Of a stretch of 51,647 bases of DNA, positions 11,033 through 23,260 are shown in pieces (the stretch's first letter is position 1; every line of letters starts with the position of its first letter). Below the pieces are notes generated by a model. The model was not told where the DNA came from. It saw nothing but the letters and a program-made list of their open reading frames with translations, and searched no databases. This DNA comes from Malacoraja senta. Taxonomy: Eukaryota. A program made the translations under genes and the position numbers. The DNA is taken from contig JAXLNO010000548.1 in assembly GCA_038087875.1 (NCBI GenBank), positions 188,001-239,647 of the forward strand, written 5' to 3'.

Positions 11033-12030
11033 AAGAAAATCTTGACGCATTTGTGCCTTAAGGGTCTGTCCCACATACGTGTCCTTGGCACGCAAATTAC
11101 GCGACCTCGTATTCGCGTTGAGCCGCGACAGTCCCGCGAAAGTCGGGCGCGATTACATGCGTACGCACAGCCGTCTGGAGCCCGTGATGTCATTTGAAGA
11201 TGGACACAAAGCTGGAGTAACGCAGCGGGATCGACAGCAGCTCTGGAGAGAAGCAATGGGTGATGTTTCGTGTCGAGATACTTCTTCAGTCTGAAAAGAA
11301 GGGTCTTGACCCGAACATCACCCATTGCTTCTCTCCAGAGATGCTGCCGGTCCCATTGAGTTACTCCTGCATTTTCTGTCTATCTGCAATCATCTTGGCC
11401 CCACTCTGGGAGTAGAAGTGGGGGCGGATCCGGTCCGCAACGGACGTGAGCCCCAGGCCGAGTTCGGCGATCGTTTGCCTGCTTCTGCTTCTGTTGGAGG
11501 TGAGACGTTGCGTCGCGCCAGGGTCTTGGGCCTGTCCCACTTTGGCCGTCAGTTCCGCGACAGGCCGTTGGCCCGCGAAGATATCGTTCACTGCAAGAAT
11601 TTCGGAGCCCCGCACGATGTCGCGACCGGCCCCGCACAACTCCATACCCCTCCGCGCTTCTAAGTTGGACCGTCCCCGCGCGGCCATACGGTGCCCGTAC
11701 GCTTCAAGCGACCACGAGGTCGTGTAATTTGCGAGCCAAGGACGGGTATGTGGGACAGGCCCTTGAGTCGTTTGTCTATCGTCCGACAATTCGCGGTGAG
11801 TGGATGGATCCTGACACTCGGCCAGTCACACAGCGAGCAGCGCATGTCTCAAATTAACCGGATTCAGAGTTAATAGACTAGCGGAAGCGTGCGAGCCGTC
11901 TAGTAGACCGGTAGTGGAATAACCGGGCTGGTGATCACAACCAGTTCCTTCCCTCCACAAGCCGTGGTTCGATTGTCCAAGCCTGTTTTGGAGCTCGCAA
12001 ATTTAGGCAAAGTTATTTGCCGCGATTCGT
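11033..12030 (+). pseudogene. Decayed copy 2 of the repeated module, interrupted by a MITE
   Basis: Removing 11061-11766 gives in-frame KKILTHLCLSRLSIVRQFAVSGWILTL...SQIN...FPPQAVVRL...LG with 4 internal stops. Confidence 0.55.
11061..11763. mobile_element. PIF/Harbinger-like MITE
   Basis: ~50-bp imperfect TIRs (AGGGTCTGTCCCACATAC.../...GTATGTGGGACAGGCCCT) with 3-bp flanks TTA/TGA. No coding capacity. Contains a Penelope-derived palindrome at ~11204-11382. Confidence 0.8.
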
Positions 12031-12093
12031 GTGAATCGTAGAAGCATTTAATCATAGAGTGCTACAGCGAGGGAACAGACCCTTCGGCCCAAC

Positions 12094-12674
12094 ATGCAGT
12101 TGTATAGGGCTCTGGTGAGACCACATCTGGAGTATTGTGTGCAGTTTCGGTCTCCTAATTTGTGGAAGGACATCCTTGTGATTGAGGCAGTGCAGCGTAG
12201 GTTCATGAGATTGATCTCTGGGATGGCGGGACTGTCATATGAGGACAGATTGAAAAGACTAGGCTTGTATTCACTAGAGTTTAGAAGGATGAGGGGGCAT
12301 CTTATAGAAACATATAAAGTTATAAAAGGACTGGACAAGCTAGATGCAGGAAAAATGTTTCCAATGTCGGGCGAGTCCAGAACCAGGGGCCACAGTCTTA
12401 GAATAAAGGGGAAGCCATTTAAGACTGAGGTGAAAAAAAAACGTTTTCACCCAGAGAGTTGTGAATTTGTGGAATTCCCTGCCATAGAGGTCAGTGGAGG
12501 CCAAATCACTGGATGGATTTAAGAGAGAGTTAGATAGAGATCCAGGTGCTAGTGGAATTAAGGAATATGGGGAGAAGGCAGGCGCAGGTTATTGATTGGG
12601 GACGATCAGCCATGATCACAATGAATGGCGGTGCTGGCTCGATGGCCCGAATGGCCTCCTCCTGCACCTATTTT
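12094..12674 (+). mobile_element. CR1-type LINE 3' fragment
   Basis: LYRALVRPHLEYCVQF...RLGLYSLEFRRMRG...RTRGHSL and a CR1 3'UTR. Confidence 0.9.
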
Positions 12675-12676
12675 CT

Positions 12677-13075
12677 AGGCCCACACCTGCCAACATATCC
12701 CAGCTACACTAGTCCCACCTGCCTGTGTTTGGTCCATAACCTTCAAACCTGTTCTCTCCATGTACCTGTCCATATATTTCTTGAATGTTGGGATACACCC
12801 AACCTCAACTACCTTGTCTGGCAGGTTGTTGCATGCACCCACCACCCTGTGTGTGAAACAGTTACCCCTCAGAAACCTATTAAACTTACGTCGTCTGGTC
12901 CTCGATTCGCCTACTCTGGGCTTAAGAGACTCTGGGCGTTTACCCAATGTATTCCTCTGGTGATGTTGTACACCTCTATAAGATCACCCCTCATCCCCCT
13001 GCGCTCCAAGGAATAGAGTCCCAGCCTGTCCCAATCTCTCCCTGTAGCCGAGACTCTCTAGTCCTGGCAACATCC
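12677..13075 (-). mobile_element. CR1-type LINE 3' fragment
   Basis: ESRTR...FTHRVVGACNNLPDKVVE on the minus strand. Confidence 0.75.
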
Positions 13076-13345
13076 AACAATTGTTGGAAGTGGAAGCAGA
13101 TTTTGGAATTGCATTGTAAATACTCACGTTTTCTCTTGTTGGGAATTTGTTACAAATCAGTCAGCAGTTATTCGAGAATCGGCGAGAGACCAAGATTCTC
13201 CGCTGTATTTATGTCTCATTTGAATGATCGGACTTTGTAAGATGTGTCGGATGCGTTCGTTCCCTGTGTGATGGGTACCTCCGTAATCTGTCCCCGGGAG
13301 CACACCCTGTGGTGCTGGCATTGTGTTATTGCATTGTCTTTTATT

Positions 13346-13665
13346 AGTTTAGTTTAGTTTACAGATACAGCTTGGACACAGGCCCATAGATTCCACGGGG
13401 ATGATTAATGTTCATCCGGTTACGCCAGCTACATGTTAACCACGTTCGCATTCACTCAGTCACTGGACAATCGGACTAAATTCACAAAGTCTGTAAACTC
13501 GCATATTTTTGGGATATGGGAGGAAACCACAACACCCGGAAGAAACCCGCGCGGTCACAGAGCTAATGTCCAAACTCCCCACAGACAACACCCGAGGTCA
13601 GGATAAATGGCCGGTCCCGTGCGCTGTGAGGCAGCATCTATATCAGCGGTGTCACTGTGCCGCCC
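13346..13665 (-). mobile_element. tRNA-derived SINE, diverged
   Basis: Similar to the reverse complement of the 13912 SINE, with (CTAAA)n tail. Confidence 0.6.
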
Positions 13666-13911
13666 TTGTATACGTTGTGTCTGTATCACGTCAGTACACT
13701 CAACATGTGCCAAAGTGGACAAGGTATCAGATTCGGTAACTGCCCCACCTACTCGAAGTACTTTCTGCACTGCATACAGTATTTATATCTCAGACCGTTC
13801 GTCGAAACGGAGAAAAATATGCGGACAATTTTCCACACAAGATGTGGTATAGAATGGAACTCGATGCCGAAGATAGTGGGAGAGGCAGCAACTTCATCAC
13901 GTTTGAACAGC

Positions 13912-14175
13912 GGGGTGGCACGGTGGCGCAGCGGTAGAGTTGCTGCCTCACAACGCCAGAGACCCGGGTTTGATCCTGACTATGGGTGCTGTCGGTATGG
14001 AGCTCATACCTTCTCACAGGCGCTGCCCGGGGTCATCCCCGGTTTCTGCGGTTTCCCCCCACACTCCAAAGACGTACAGGTTGTGCTTAGTGTGTAGGTT
14101 AGTGCTAGTGTACGACGTTCGCTGGTCGGCGCGGACTCGGTGGGGCAAAGAGCCAGTTTGCATGCGGTATCTCCT
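13912..14175 (+). mobile_element. tRNA-derived SINE (V-SINE/HE1-like)
   Basis: Pol III A box TGGCGCAGCGG and B box GGTTTGATCC, followed by the gggtgctgtc core. Confidence 0.8.
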
Positions 14176-14519
14176 AAAAACATTAAGATACGTACTTGGG
14201 GTGTACGTCCACAGGGCTACGGACAGAGTGATGGAAGGTAAATATTCGGAATCACTGACTAGCAGGTTCGGTAACAATGTCATAAACCACCAGGTAAAGT
14301 TACCGGACACCAAACTGATTCAGTATGAATTACAATGGGCGGGAATGAGCAGCCTTGAAGGAAGTTCTGCTCAATGCAATCCACAAACGGGGACGTCAAC
14401 ATCTCAGCGTTTGTGCGGATTCGGACTCTGAGCCGTTTCTTTCAGTTTCCTGCTTGTTTGTCGTGTACTAGATAATTGGGATGGGGTTAATGTGAATAAG
14501 ATTCAGAGCCATAAATTGT

Positions 14520-15190
14520 ACTATGTCGACCATGGATGCAATATGTGAGGCAGCGACTGTTGTAGTTCCCTCGATGGTGGGGAAGTCAGTACCCGTGATG
14601 GACTGGGCAGTGGTCTCCTTCGCTCCTGCAATTCAGGTTGCCGACCCAGGTCGTGGTGCAACCAGACAACATGCTCTCTACTGTACACCTGTGGAAGTTC
14701 AAGAGAATACTCGATGTCATACCGAATATCCGCAATCTTTTGAGTAGAGGTGTTACAATTGCATCAATGTTCTGGGTCTCGGAAAGATCTTCAAATACTT
14801 CCACGCACAGGAATTTGCAGCTGTTGCCTCTCTCCACCATCGTCCAGTCGATCTAGACAGGTTTGTGGGTCCTCATACTTCCTGCTCCGAAGTCCAGAAT
14901 CAGATCCTTGGTCTTCCTGGTTTTGAGAGTATGGTTGTTGTGCTGTAACCGTGGACATACTAGATGGTGGTCTCGCCCAGAATGTCGACGCACATTGTGA
15001 GGCAGGGTATATGCTGATTTTAGTTTCCAGTGTATTCCTGAAGTACGATTGATTGAAGTCACCGCAGATGATGGGCAAGGCATCAGGGTCTGGTGCTTCC
15101 AGACGGAGTATAAATTGTCCAGAGCCACATTGGCGTTGACTTTGGGTGCTATCTAGACCACCGACACGACGGTGGAAGTGAATTACCCGG
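14520..15190 (-). mobile_element. Rex1/Babar-like LINE fragments
   Basis: SILLNFHRCTVESMLSGCTTTW, KTKDLILDF and endonuclease IICGDFNQ. Confidence 0.7.
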
Positions 15191-16231
15191 TCGGTTACTT
15201 AGTGAATTGTTAATCCAGGTGGTTCCCCGAACTATACAAATCATATTTGAGACCAAACTTGGCGTACCATGAGCAGTTCTGGTCTTCCAGCGATTGGAAG
15301 GAAGATATAAAATTCCAAATGGCGCAGGTAAGAATCCTAAAACTGTTACCGGGGTGGAAGAGTTTGAGATTTAAGGAGATCATGGACAAGCTGGAACGTT
15401 TTCACCGGACAGTAGGCGATTGATGGGTGATATTACAGATGTATATTTCATCATCAGGGGCAAGGAACCGGTAGACGGTTCCTGTCGTTTTTCCAAGCCT
15501 GGGAGTCTAAAGCTGGAAGATGCCAGAGTGGATAGATTCAGAAGATACTGAGAGGCAACACGTTTTCAAAGGCAGTTGTGGTGAGGTGGAAATGGCTGCA
15601 AGAGGAAGCTGAAGTGATGGCTTCGATTACAATGTGTAAGAGACATTTCAACGAGTATATGGATAGGAGTGGTTGGAAGGCTATGGAGCAACCGTGGGCA
15701 AGTTGGGCTAGATTGGTTGGACATTTTGCGTGTCGTGGACTGCTGGTTCCGAAATATATTGTTTGGTGATTTGACTCTAACTCTATAAATAGCATCGTTA
15801 TTGTGTAACTGTAAGATTCTCTGAGATTATGTAGATAGTTATCCTCATTGTGCTTCAAGGACTGTCCACGTTTGTGTATCATTTGGAACCCACGTACGTT
15901 CGTTGAAAAGAACATTTTATTTAAAGAAACTGCTTAATTTATTATTAACCGAAGCGAGCTGTTCGAAGTTCTGTTTTAGACTCCTGAACTATGATACACT
16001 GATCTATTCCTGGAGAATAATTCCTGGCTGTTGTGCAATATCGAGCTTTTGAATGATGGGGACATCCAGTGGACGGCATATGAACTGCAAGTTAGAGCGG
16101 CATCACAAACGTCTTGTGAACTGTACTATAACGTCCCGTCATCTGCACTTATTGCCGTTACTAGTGATCGACACCGTGCCGAAATCTTCATTACCACCTT
16201 AACGACCCGCGACTCCAAATTCAGAGATATA

Positions 16232-17844
16232 CAGTGGCTTGCCAAAGTTTTCATACCCCTTGAACTGTTCCACATTTTGTCACGTTACAACCACAAACGT
16301 AAATGTATTTTATTGGGATTTTATGTGATAGACCAACACAAAGTGGTGCATAATTGTGATGTGGAAGGAAAATGATACATGGTTTTCAAATTTTTTTACA
16401 AATAAAAAACTGAAAAGTGTCGCATGCAAAAGTATTCAGCCCCCTGAGTCAATACTTTGTAGAACCACCTTTCGCTGCAATTACAGCTGCAAGTCTTTTG
16501 GGGTATGTCTCTACCAGCTTTGCACATCTAGAGACTGAAAGTTTTGCCCATTCTTGTTTGCAAAGTAGCTCAAGCTCAGTCAGATTGGATGGAGAGCGTC
16601 TGTGAACAGCAATTTTCAAGTCTTGCCAGAGATTCTCAATTGGATTTAGGTCTGGACTTTGACTGGGCCATTCTAACACATGAATATGCTTTGATCTAAA
16701 CCATTCCATTGTAGCTCTGGCTGTATGTTTAGGGTCGTTGTCCTGCTGGAAGGTGAACCTCCGCCCGAGTCTCAAATCGTTTGCAGACTCCAACAGGTTT
16801 TCTTCCAAGATTGCCCTGTATTTGGCTCCATCCATCTTCCCATCAACTCTGACCAGCTTCCCTGTCCCTGCTGAAGAAAAGCATCCCCACAGCATGATGC
16901 TGCCACCACCATGTTTCACAGTGGGGATGGTATGTTCAGTGATGTGCAGTGTTAGGTTTCCGCCACACATAGCGTTTTGCATTCAGGCCAAAAACTTCAA
17001 TTTTGGTCTCATCTGACCAGAGCACCTTCCTCACATATTTGCTGTGTCCCCCACATGGCTTGTGGCAAACTGCAAACGGGACTTCTTATGGCTTTTTTTC
17101 AACAATGGCTTTCTTCTTGCCACTCTTCCATAAAGGCCCGATTTGTGGAGTGCACGACTAATAGTTGTCCTGTGGACAGATTCTCCCACCTGAGCTGTGG
17201 ATCTCTGCAGCTCCTCCAGAGTTACCATGGGCCTCTTGGCTGCTTCTCTGATCAATGCTCTCCTTGCCCGGCCTGTCAGTTTAGGTGGACGGCCATATCT
17301 TGGCAGGTTTGCAGTTGTGCCATACTCTTTCCATTTTCGGATGATGGATTGAACAGTGCTCCGTGAGATGTTCAAAGCTTGGGATATTTTTTTATAACCT
17401 AACCCTGCTTTAAACTTCTCCACAACTTTATCCCTGACCTGTCTGGTGTGTTCCTTGGGCTTCATGATGCTGTTTGTTCACAAATGTTCTCTAACAAACC
17501 TCTGAGGCCTTCACAGAACAGCTGTATTTTTACTGAGATTAGATTACACACAAGCGGACTCTATTTACTAATTAGGTGACTTCTGAAGGCAATTGGTTGC
17601 ACTGGATTTTATTTTGGGGTATCAGAGTAAAGGGGGCTGAATACTTTTGCACGCGACACTTTTCAGTTTTTTATTTGTAAAAAAATTTGAAAACCATGTT
17701 TCATTTTCCTTCCACTTCACAATTATGCGCCACTTTGTGTTGGTCTATCACATAAAATCCCAATCAAATACATTTACGTTTGTGGTTGTAACGTGACAAA
17801 ATGTGGAAAAGTTCAAGGGGTATGAATACTTTTGCAAGCCACTG
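16232..17844 (-). mobile_element. Full-length Tc1 DNA transposon, Passport-like, IR/DR type
   Basis: TA flanks at 16230-31 and 17845-46. ~214-bp TIRs starting CAGTGGCTTGC with inner direct repeats (aaaagtattcagccccct). Confidence 0.97.
16449..17465 (-). pseudogene. Tc1 DD34E transposase with two small deletions
   Basis: GRPPKL, VLWSDETK (in the shifted segment), [26 protein letters not shown]. Inferred 1-bp deletion at ~17030 and 2-bp deletion at ~16939. Confidence 0.93.
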
Positions 17845-17889
17845 TATGACGTGAACTCCTCGATCTCCCCGGTCTACAGTACTCCGCAG

Positions 17890-18050
17890 GGTCGAACTGG
17901 TCATTGAGAAAGACCTGACATTACTTACCAAAATAAATCAAATCACAAATATACAAATTAAATGCCATACGCTATTCCACCGCCAACTTTCCCAGCTGAT
18001 CAAAATCCCAACGTCATTCTTCATATCCGTCTTGGCAATCTACCACCACA
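17890..18050 (+). pseudogene. Partial decayed copy of the repeated module
   Basis: LTKIN, YAIPPPT and VILHIRLGN resemble LVRIN, YTVPPT and EVQIWLGE of the 36.2 kb copy. Frameshifts are required. Confidence 0.35.
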
Positions 18051-18127
18051 CTTGCCTTTGTATTTATTTGTAAATTTACTAATCATACCTTGCACCATCT
18101 CAATCAATATGTTGATATACATGAAAT

Positions 18128-19040
18128 ATAGAAACATAGAAAAATACAAAATAGGTGCAGGTGTAGAGCATTCGGCCCTTCGACCCTGCACCGCCATTCA
18201 ATATTATCATGGCTGATCATCCAAAATCAGTACCCCGTTCCTGCTTTCTTCCCAAATCCCTTGATTCCGTTAGCCTTAGAAGCTAAATCTAACGCTTGAA
18301 AACATCCAGTGCATTGGCCTCCACTGCCTTCTGTGGCAGAGAACTACACAGATTCACAACTCTCTGGATGAAAACATGTTTCTTCATCTCAGTCCTAAAT
18401 GGCCTACCCCTGATTCTTAAACTGTTGCCCCTGGGTCTGGACTACCCCTATATTTGGAACATTTTTCTTGCTTCTGGACTGTCCAATTCCTAAAGAATTT
18501 TACACGTTTCTGTAAGATCCCCTTTCACCGTTCTAAATTCCAGTGAACACAAGCCCAGTCTATCCATCCTCTCAGCATATGACAGCCCCGCCTTGCCGGA
18601 ATTAACCTGGTGAACCTACGCTGCACTACCTCAATAACAAGAATACCCTTCCTCAAATTGGGAGACCAAAGCTGCACACAATATGCCAGGTGCGGTCTCG
18701 CCATGGTGCTGTACAACTGCAGTAGGACCTCCATGCTCTTACACAATTCAGATAATAATCTCCCTTCTTGTTCTTGCTACCAAAGTGGATAACCTCACGT
18801 GCTTCCACATTATACTGCATCTGCCACGCATCTTCCCACTCACCTAACCTATCCAAGTCATGCTGCAGCCTCATATTATTCTCTGCGCAGCTCACACTGC
18901 CACCCAGCTTTGCGTCATCTGCAAACATGGAGATGCTACTTTTAATTCCTTCGTCTAAATCGTTAATATATATTATAAGCAACTGGGGTCGCAGCGCGGA
19001 GACTTGCGGCACCTCATTAGTCACTGACTGGCATTTGGGA
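18128..19040 (-). mobile_element. CR1-type LINE RT/3' fragment
   Basis: VPQVSALRPQLLIIYINDLD...MFADDAKLGG, LYSTMARPHLAYCVQLW. Confidence 0.9.
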
Positions 19041-19044
19041 AACA

Positions 19045-19400
19045 GGTCTTCAACTCCCCCTCCCATTACGAATCCGAACTTTCTGTCCTGGGCCTCCTCC
19101 ATGGCCAGAGTGAGTACCACCGCAAATTGGAGGAGCAACACCTCATATTACGTTTGGGTTGTTGACACCGCTGCGGTATGAACAATGACCTCCAATTTCA
19201 GGTAGTCCTTGCTTTCTCACTCCTTCTTCTCCCCTTCCCAGCTCTGCAACAGACTACTGTCTCCGCCTCTTCCTTTCTTACTTCCCCCCCGCACCCCCAC
19301 ATCAGTCTGAAGAAGGGTCTCGACCCGAAACGTCGCCTATTCCTTCGCTCCATAGATGCTGCCTCACCCGCTCAGTTTCTCCAGCATTTTATCTACCTTG
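19045..19400 (+). mobile_element. Penelope-like element 3' end
   Basis: Paralogous to 9560-9900. Confidence 0.8.
19303..19340 (+). ncRNA. Minimal type I hammerhead ribozyme core (PLE-associated)
   Basis: CUGAAGA (19307-13), perfect stem II GGGUC/GACCC, GAAA (19327-30), then CGUC. Stem I pairing is weak. Confidence 0.6.
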
Positions 19401-19949
19401 TAAATAGGGGAGTGCGCCTGCAAATGGGAAATCAGGAGAAGGCAACACTACGTAGAATTAGGGGAGGATCCTGCGTCATTTTGAGAATGTTTCTACTTGT
19501 CTCTGTGAGTACTCAAGTCTCACTCTGTGTTTTCCTGTTTCTGTCTGCTGGTGTTCTCAGCTTAATGTGTGCTCCTGACTCCAATTCTCCTACTGCCCTT
19601 ATCCAGTTCTACGGAGAATGAAATTATACCATGTGGCTTGAGAAAATGTTGTTCATTCTCATAACGGACAATTCGGGGTTTGGTGTAAATAACCAACAAT
19701 ATTCAGCATGATATTCAATGTAATCAACTATATTGTGAATTCAGTATCTTCCTCTTTGCTCCATCTGCAGGACTGATTGTATCTATGTATGGCATATATT
19801 GAATGGACACTGTACCTTGGAACGTGTGAGGAAATTAAACCTCACCTAACCTCACCTAACCTAATGATCTGACATTAGTAACAACTATGATCAGAGAGAG
19901 ATGTTCGTACTATAATGGCGACTAAGATTGTCAATGTAACACAAACAGT

Positions 19950-20645
19950 ATAAGTAAGTAAGTAAGTAAGTAAGTAAGTTTATTGGCCAGGTATTCACAT
20001 ACAAGGAATTTGCCTTGGTGCTCCGCCCACAAGTAACAACATGACATACAGTGACAGTTGCGAATGGCTCAGAAAACACTAAACATTACTAATAATAAAA
20101 CATTAATGATAAAACACCATTGATCAAGCATGTCAACCAACAAAATACCAGATCAAAGGGAGGCTACAGATTTTTGGCTGTTGAGTAGAGCTACTACTCG
20201 TGAATAACATCTCTTTTTATGTCTGGCTGTGGCAGCTTTGACAATCCAGAGTCGCCTTCCAGAGGGAAGTGATTTAAAGAGTTTGTGGCCAGGGTGAGAG
20301 GGGTCAGAGATGGTCTTGCCCGCTCGCTTCCTGGCCCTTGCAGTGTACAGTTCATCAATGGAGGGAAGGTTGCTGCCAATCACCTTCTCTGCTGATCGGA
20401 CGATTCGCTGCAGCCTCCAGGTGTCGTGCTTGGTGGCTGAGCCAAACCAGACCACGATGGAGAAGGTGAGAACAGACTCTACGATGGCCGTGTAGAATTG
20501 GACCATCATTGCCTGTGGCAGATTGTGCTTCCTCAGCTGCCGCAGGAAGTACATCCTCTGTTGTGCCTTTTTGACTGTGGAGTCGATGGTGCCCCCCCCC
20601 CCCCACTTAAGGTCATTGGAGATGATGGTTCCCAGGAACTTAAAC
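19950..20645 (-). mobile_element. Rex1/Babar-like LINE 3' fragment with (ACTT)n tail
   Basis: FKFLGTIISNDLKW...KKAQQRMYFLRQL...FYTAIVESVLTFSIVVWFG...PSHPGH...LPSGRR. Confidence 0.9.
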
Positions 20646-21469
20646 GTATTGCCATAAACGAGAAGGTGTCGAATGGGGTGGACCATATACGAACTGTTGG
20701 ACAAATGCGAAGTCAAGGTGAAGAGTGGGCTCAGGAAACAGATCACAGTCAAATAACTGATACTGTATCGCGGACCTATTAAACACTGGGCCTCTGCAAT
20801 GCTGGAGTAAAACATAATATACTCAGAGGACTCAGATGGCATCCGTCCAGGAAGGAATAATATGTAATGTCAGAAGCGCATGATCTCATCAAAGTTAGTA
20901 GCATGTTCCCAGGACCCTCTTTGCGTCAAGTCATCTCTTCAGGTTCCGAGAAATTCCAGTCCCTCTCACCTTAAACATATGAGATCTGATTATTGATTCA
21001 CCATGGGTAAAATACTGCATTCATCCTACCTTTGCCTCTCATGGTTGTAAACACCTTGATATTCCCACCACGCAGCTTCCTTCGCTCCAAGGAATAAAGT
21101 CCACACCTCTCCCTACAGCTCGGACACACAATGAAAGAGTAGTACAGTCCTGCTATAGATACTGGCGGTGATACCACGTGTGGAGAAACCGACAGAGCCT
21201 GGACCAAGAGTCATCGTCATACAACAAAGAAACAGGCCCAGCAACTCTCTGTATAAATGCTATCCAATTACAGAATCACATTTACTAGCACTTGGTCCAC
21301 AGAGTATTAAGCCTTGGCCCTATCTCTTTTAAAGAAGGTGATATTTTTGAAGCGGTGTAGAATCAGAAGTCCTGATTTATTACTCGAATCAAGTGGCTGT
21401 GAAACGACGGGCGATTGACTAGATCCGCTACATGGTGCAGTTGGTAAGCAGAACATCGATGCAACATCC

Positions 21470-23260
21470 AAGAAGGCACATCAATGCCTCTACTTCATGA
21501 GGAGACTGTGTAAGTTTGGCATGTCTCCAGTGACTCTTACATGCTTCTCGGGATGTACCGTAGAAAGCATATTGTCCAGTTCCATCAGAGATTGATTGGG
21601 AACGAGTCTGCCAAGACCTCGAGAAATTGCAGAGTTATTAACGCAGCCCAATCCATCACACACACACACCAGACGTCCCACCATTGACTCCATCTACACT
21701 TTACGCTGCCTCAAAAAAAAACACCGAACGTAATCAGACCTGTCCAGACCGGTCAGTTCTTCTTTCCCAACTGAAGTCCCGCACAACGTACAGAAGTTTC
21801 AAAGTGAGCACCACCGGATTAAGGAATAACTCATTTCCCTCCGTTAACAGCATTCTAAACTGTCCCTCCTTGGGCTAGTGTACTCTTCAATTCGCTTCTC
21901 CCCCATTGCGGATATAAGACATTGTCTCAGTAGCTGATGCACTGCAATCCTGCGAACTATATTGTGCACTCTGTATCTTCCACATTGGTCTATCTATTGT
22001 TATAGAGTCATCGAGTCCTACGGCATGGTAACGGGACTTTCAACCCATCTTGCCCAGGCGGACCAATGTGCCCCTTCTGCACCAGTCACTCACACCCACC
22101 TTTCGGCCACATTACTCTACATCGTTCCTATTCATGAGGCAGTCTAATTGTCTTTGAAAGTTTGTCATATTTTCCGGCGCAACCATTTCCTTTCGGTGCA
22201 GAGATGGAGTCAATATTTATCTGCGGTGGTAGAGGCTGTCAAAGGAACAACAAGTGAGGAGATCCTCCACTCTGTGCAGGTTGGAAGATGATATATTCCA
22301 AACTCCTGGACCGAGGGATCACCTCCCCGCTCTATCACCGGATGCTCAATTTTAGCTCCCACAGCCCACAATTAATAAGGATAAGTGACACCTCTTCAAC
22401 AATAACTTCGAAGACTGGAGCACCGCAAGGATCCGTTCCAAGTTCGCTACTATGTCACCTTTACACTCGCGAACGTATGGCCATATTCGGCTCTAATTTT
22501 ACCTATGAGTTTGCAGAAGACATCATCGTGAATGGTCGAATGATGGGCAATGGCGGGACGGAGTACAAGAAGGAGATAGCGAGCTTATTGACACGTTGTC
22601 ATGACAATGGCCCCTCTTTCAAGACGAAGGAGATAGTTTTTGACTTCTGGAAGCAGTGTAGAGTAGTTGCCCCAATCTGCATCAGTGGCACGGAATGGTT
22701 AAGAGCTCAAGTTCCATGTGTCACATCATCCAACGATATGTCTTGGAGCAATCACAATGATGCGTAACCAACGAAGGTACACCATCATTCAATTCAATTC
22801 AATTCAATTCAATTCAACTTTAATGTCATTGCACAAATACTGTTTACTTCAGAGACATCTCTACTTCATCAAGAGACGGGGACAATTGACATGTCTACAG
22901 TGATTCTTATAAAACTTCTAGAGATGGAGCATAGAAATCATATTGTCGGGTTGGATTACATTGTGGTTTGGGTACAGATCTGACAAGACCGGGAGTATTT
23001 GGAGAGAGTTGTAAATGTAGCCTAATCCATCATGTAGACCTGACGTCACACCATTGTCTCCATCTACACTCCACGCACCTTCGGGGGGAATAAATACCCA
23101 ACATCATCAAAGATGTCTAAGTCGGGTCAGTTCTTCTTGCCTGTTCTCTTATCTGCCAGAAGGTACAGAAGGTTGAAAGCGCACATCACAGCGGAATGGC
23201 TTATTTTCCATCGTTATCGAGTTTCTGCCCGATCCCTCCATATGCAAGGATACTGTTCGA
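21470..23260 (+). mobile_element. Old Rex1/Babar-like fragments interleaved with CR1 tails
   Basis: TGAPQGSV...YEFAED...KTKEIVFDF at 22288-22767 and degraded 3' motifs. Confidence 0.65.

Noticed and set aside
13121..13215. Minus-strand TATA-like motif plus GTGAGTA donor suggesting a first exon
   Set aside because: Short motifs expected by chance, with no convincing downstream exon.
13912..13990. tRNA-like A/B boxes
   Set aside because: SINE head continuing into SINE body, not a tRNA gene.
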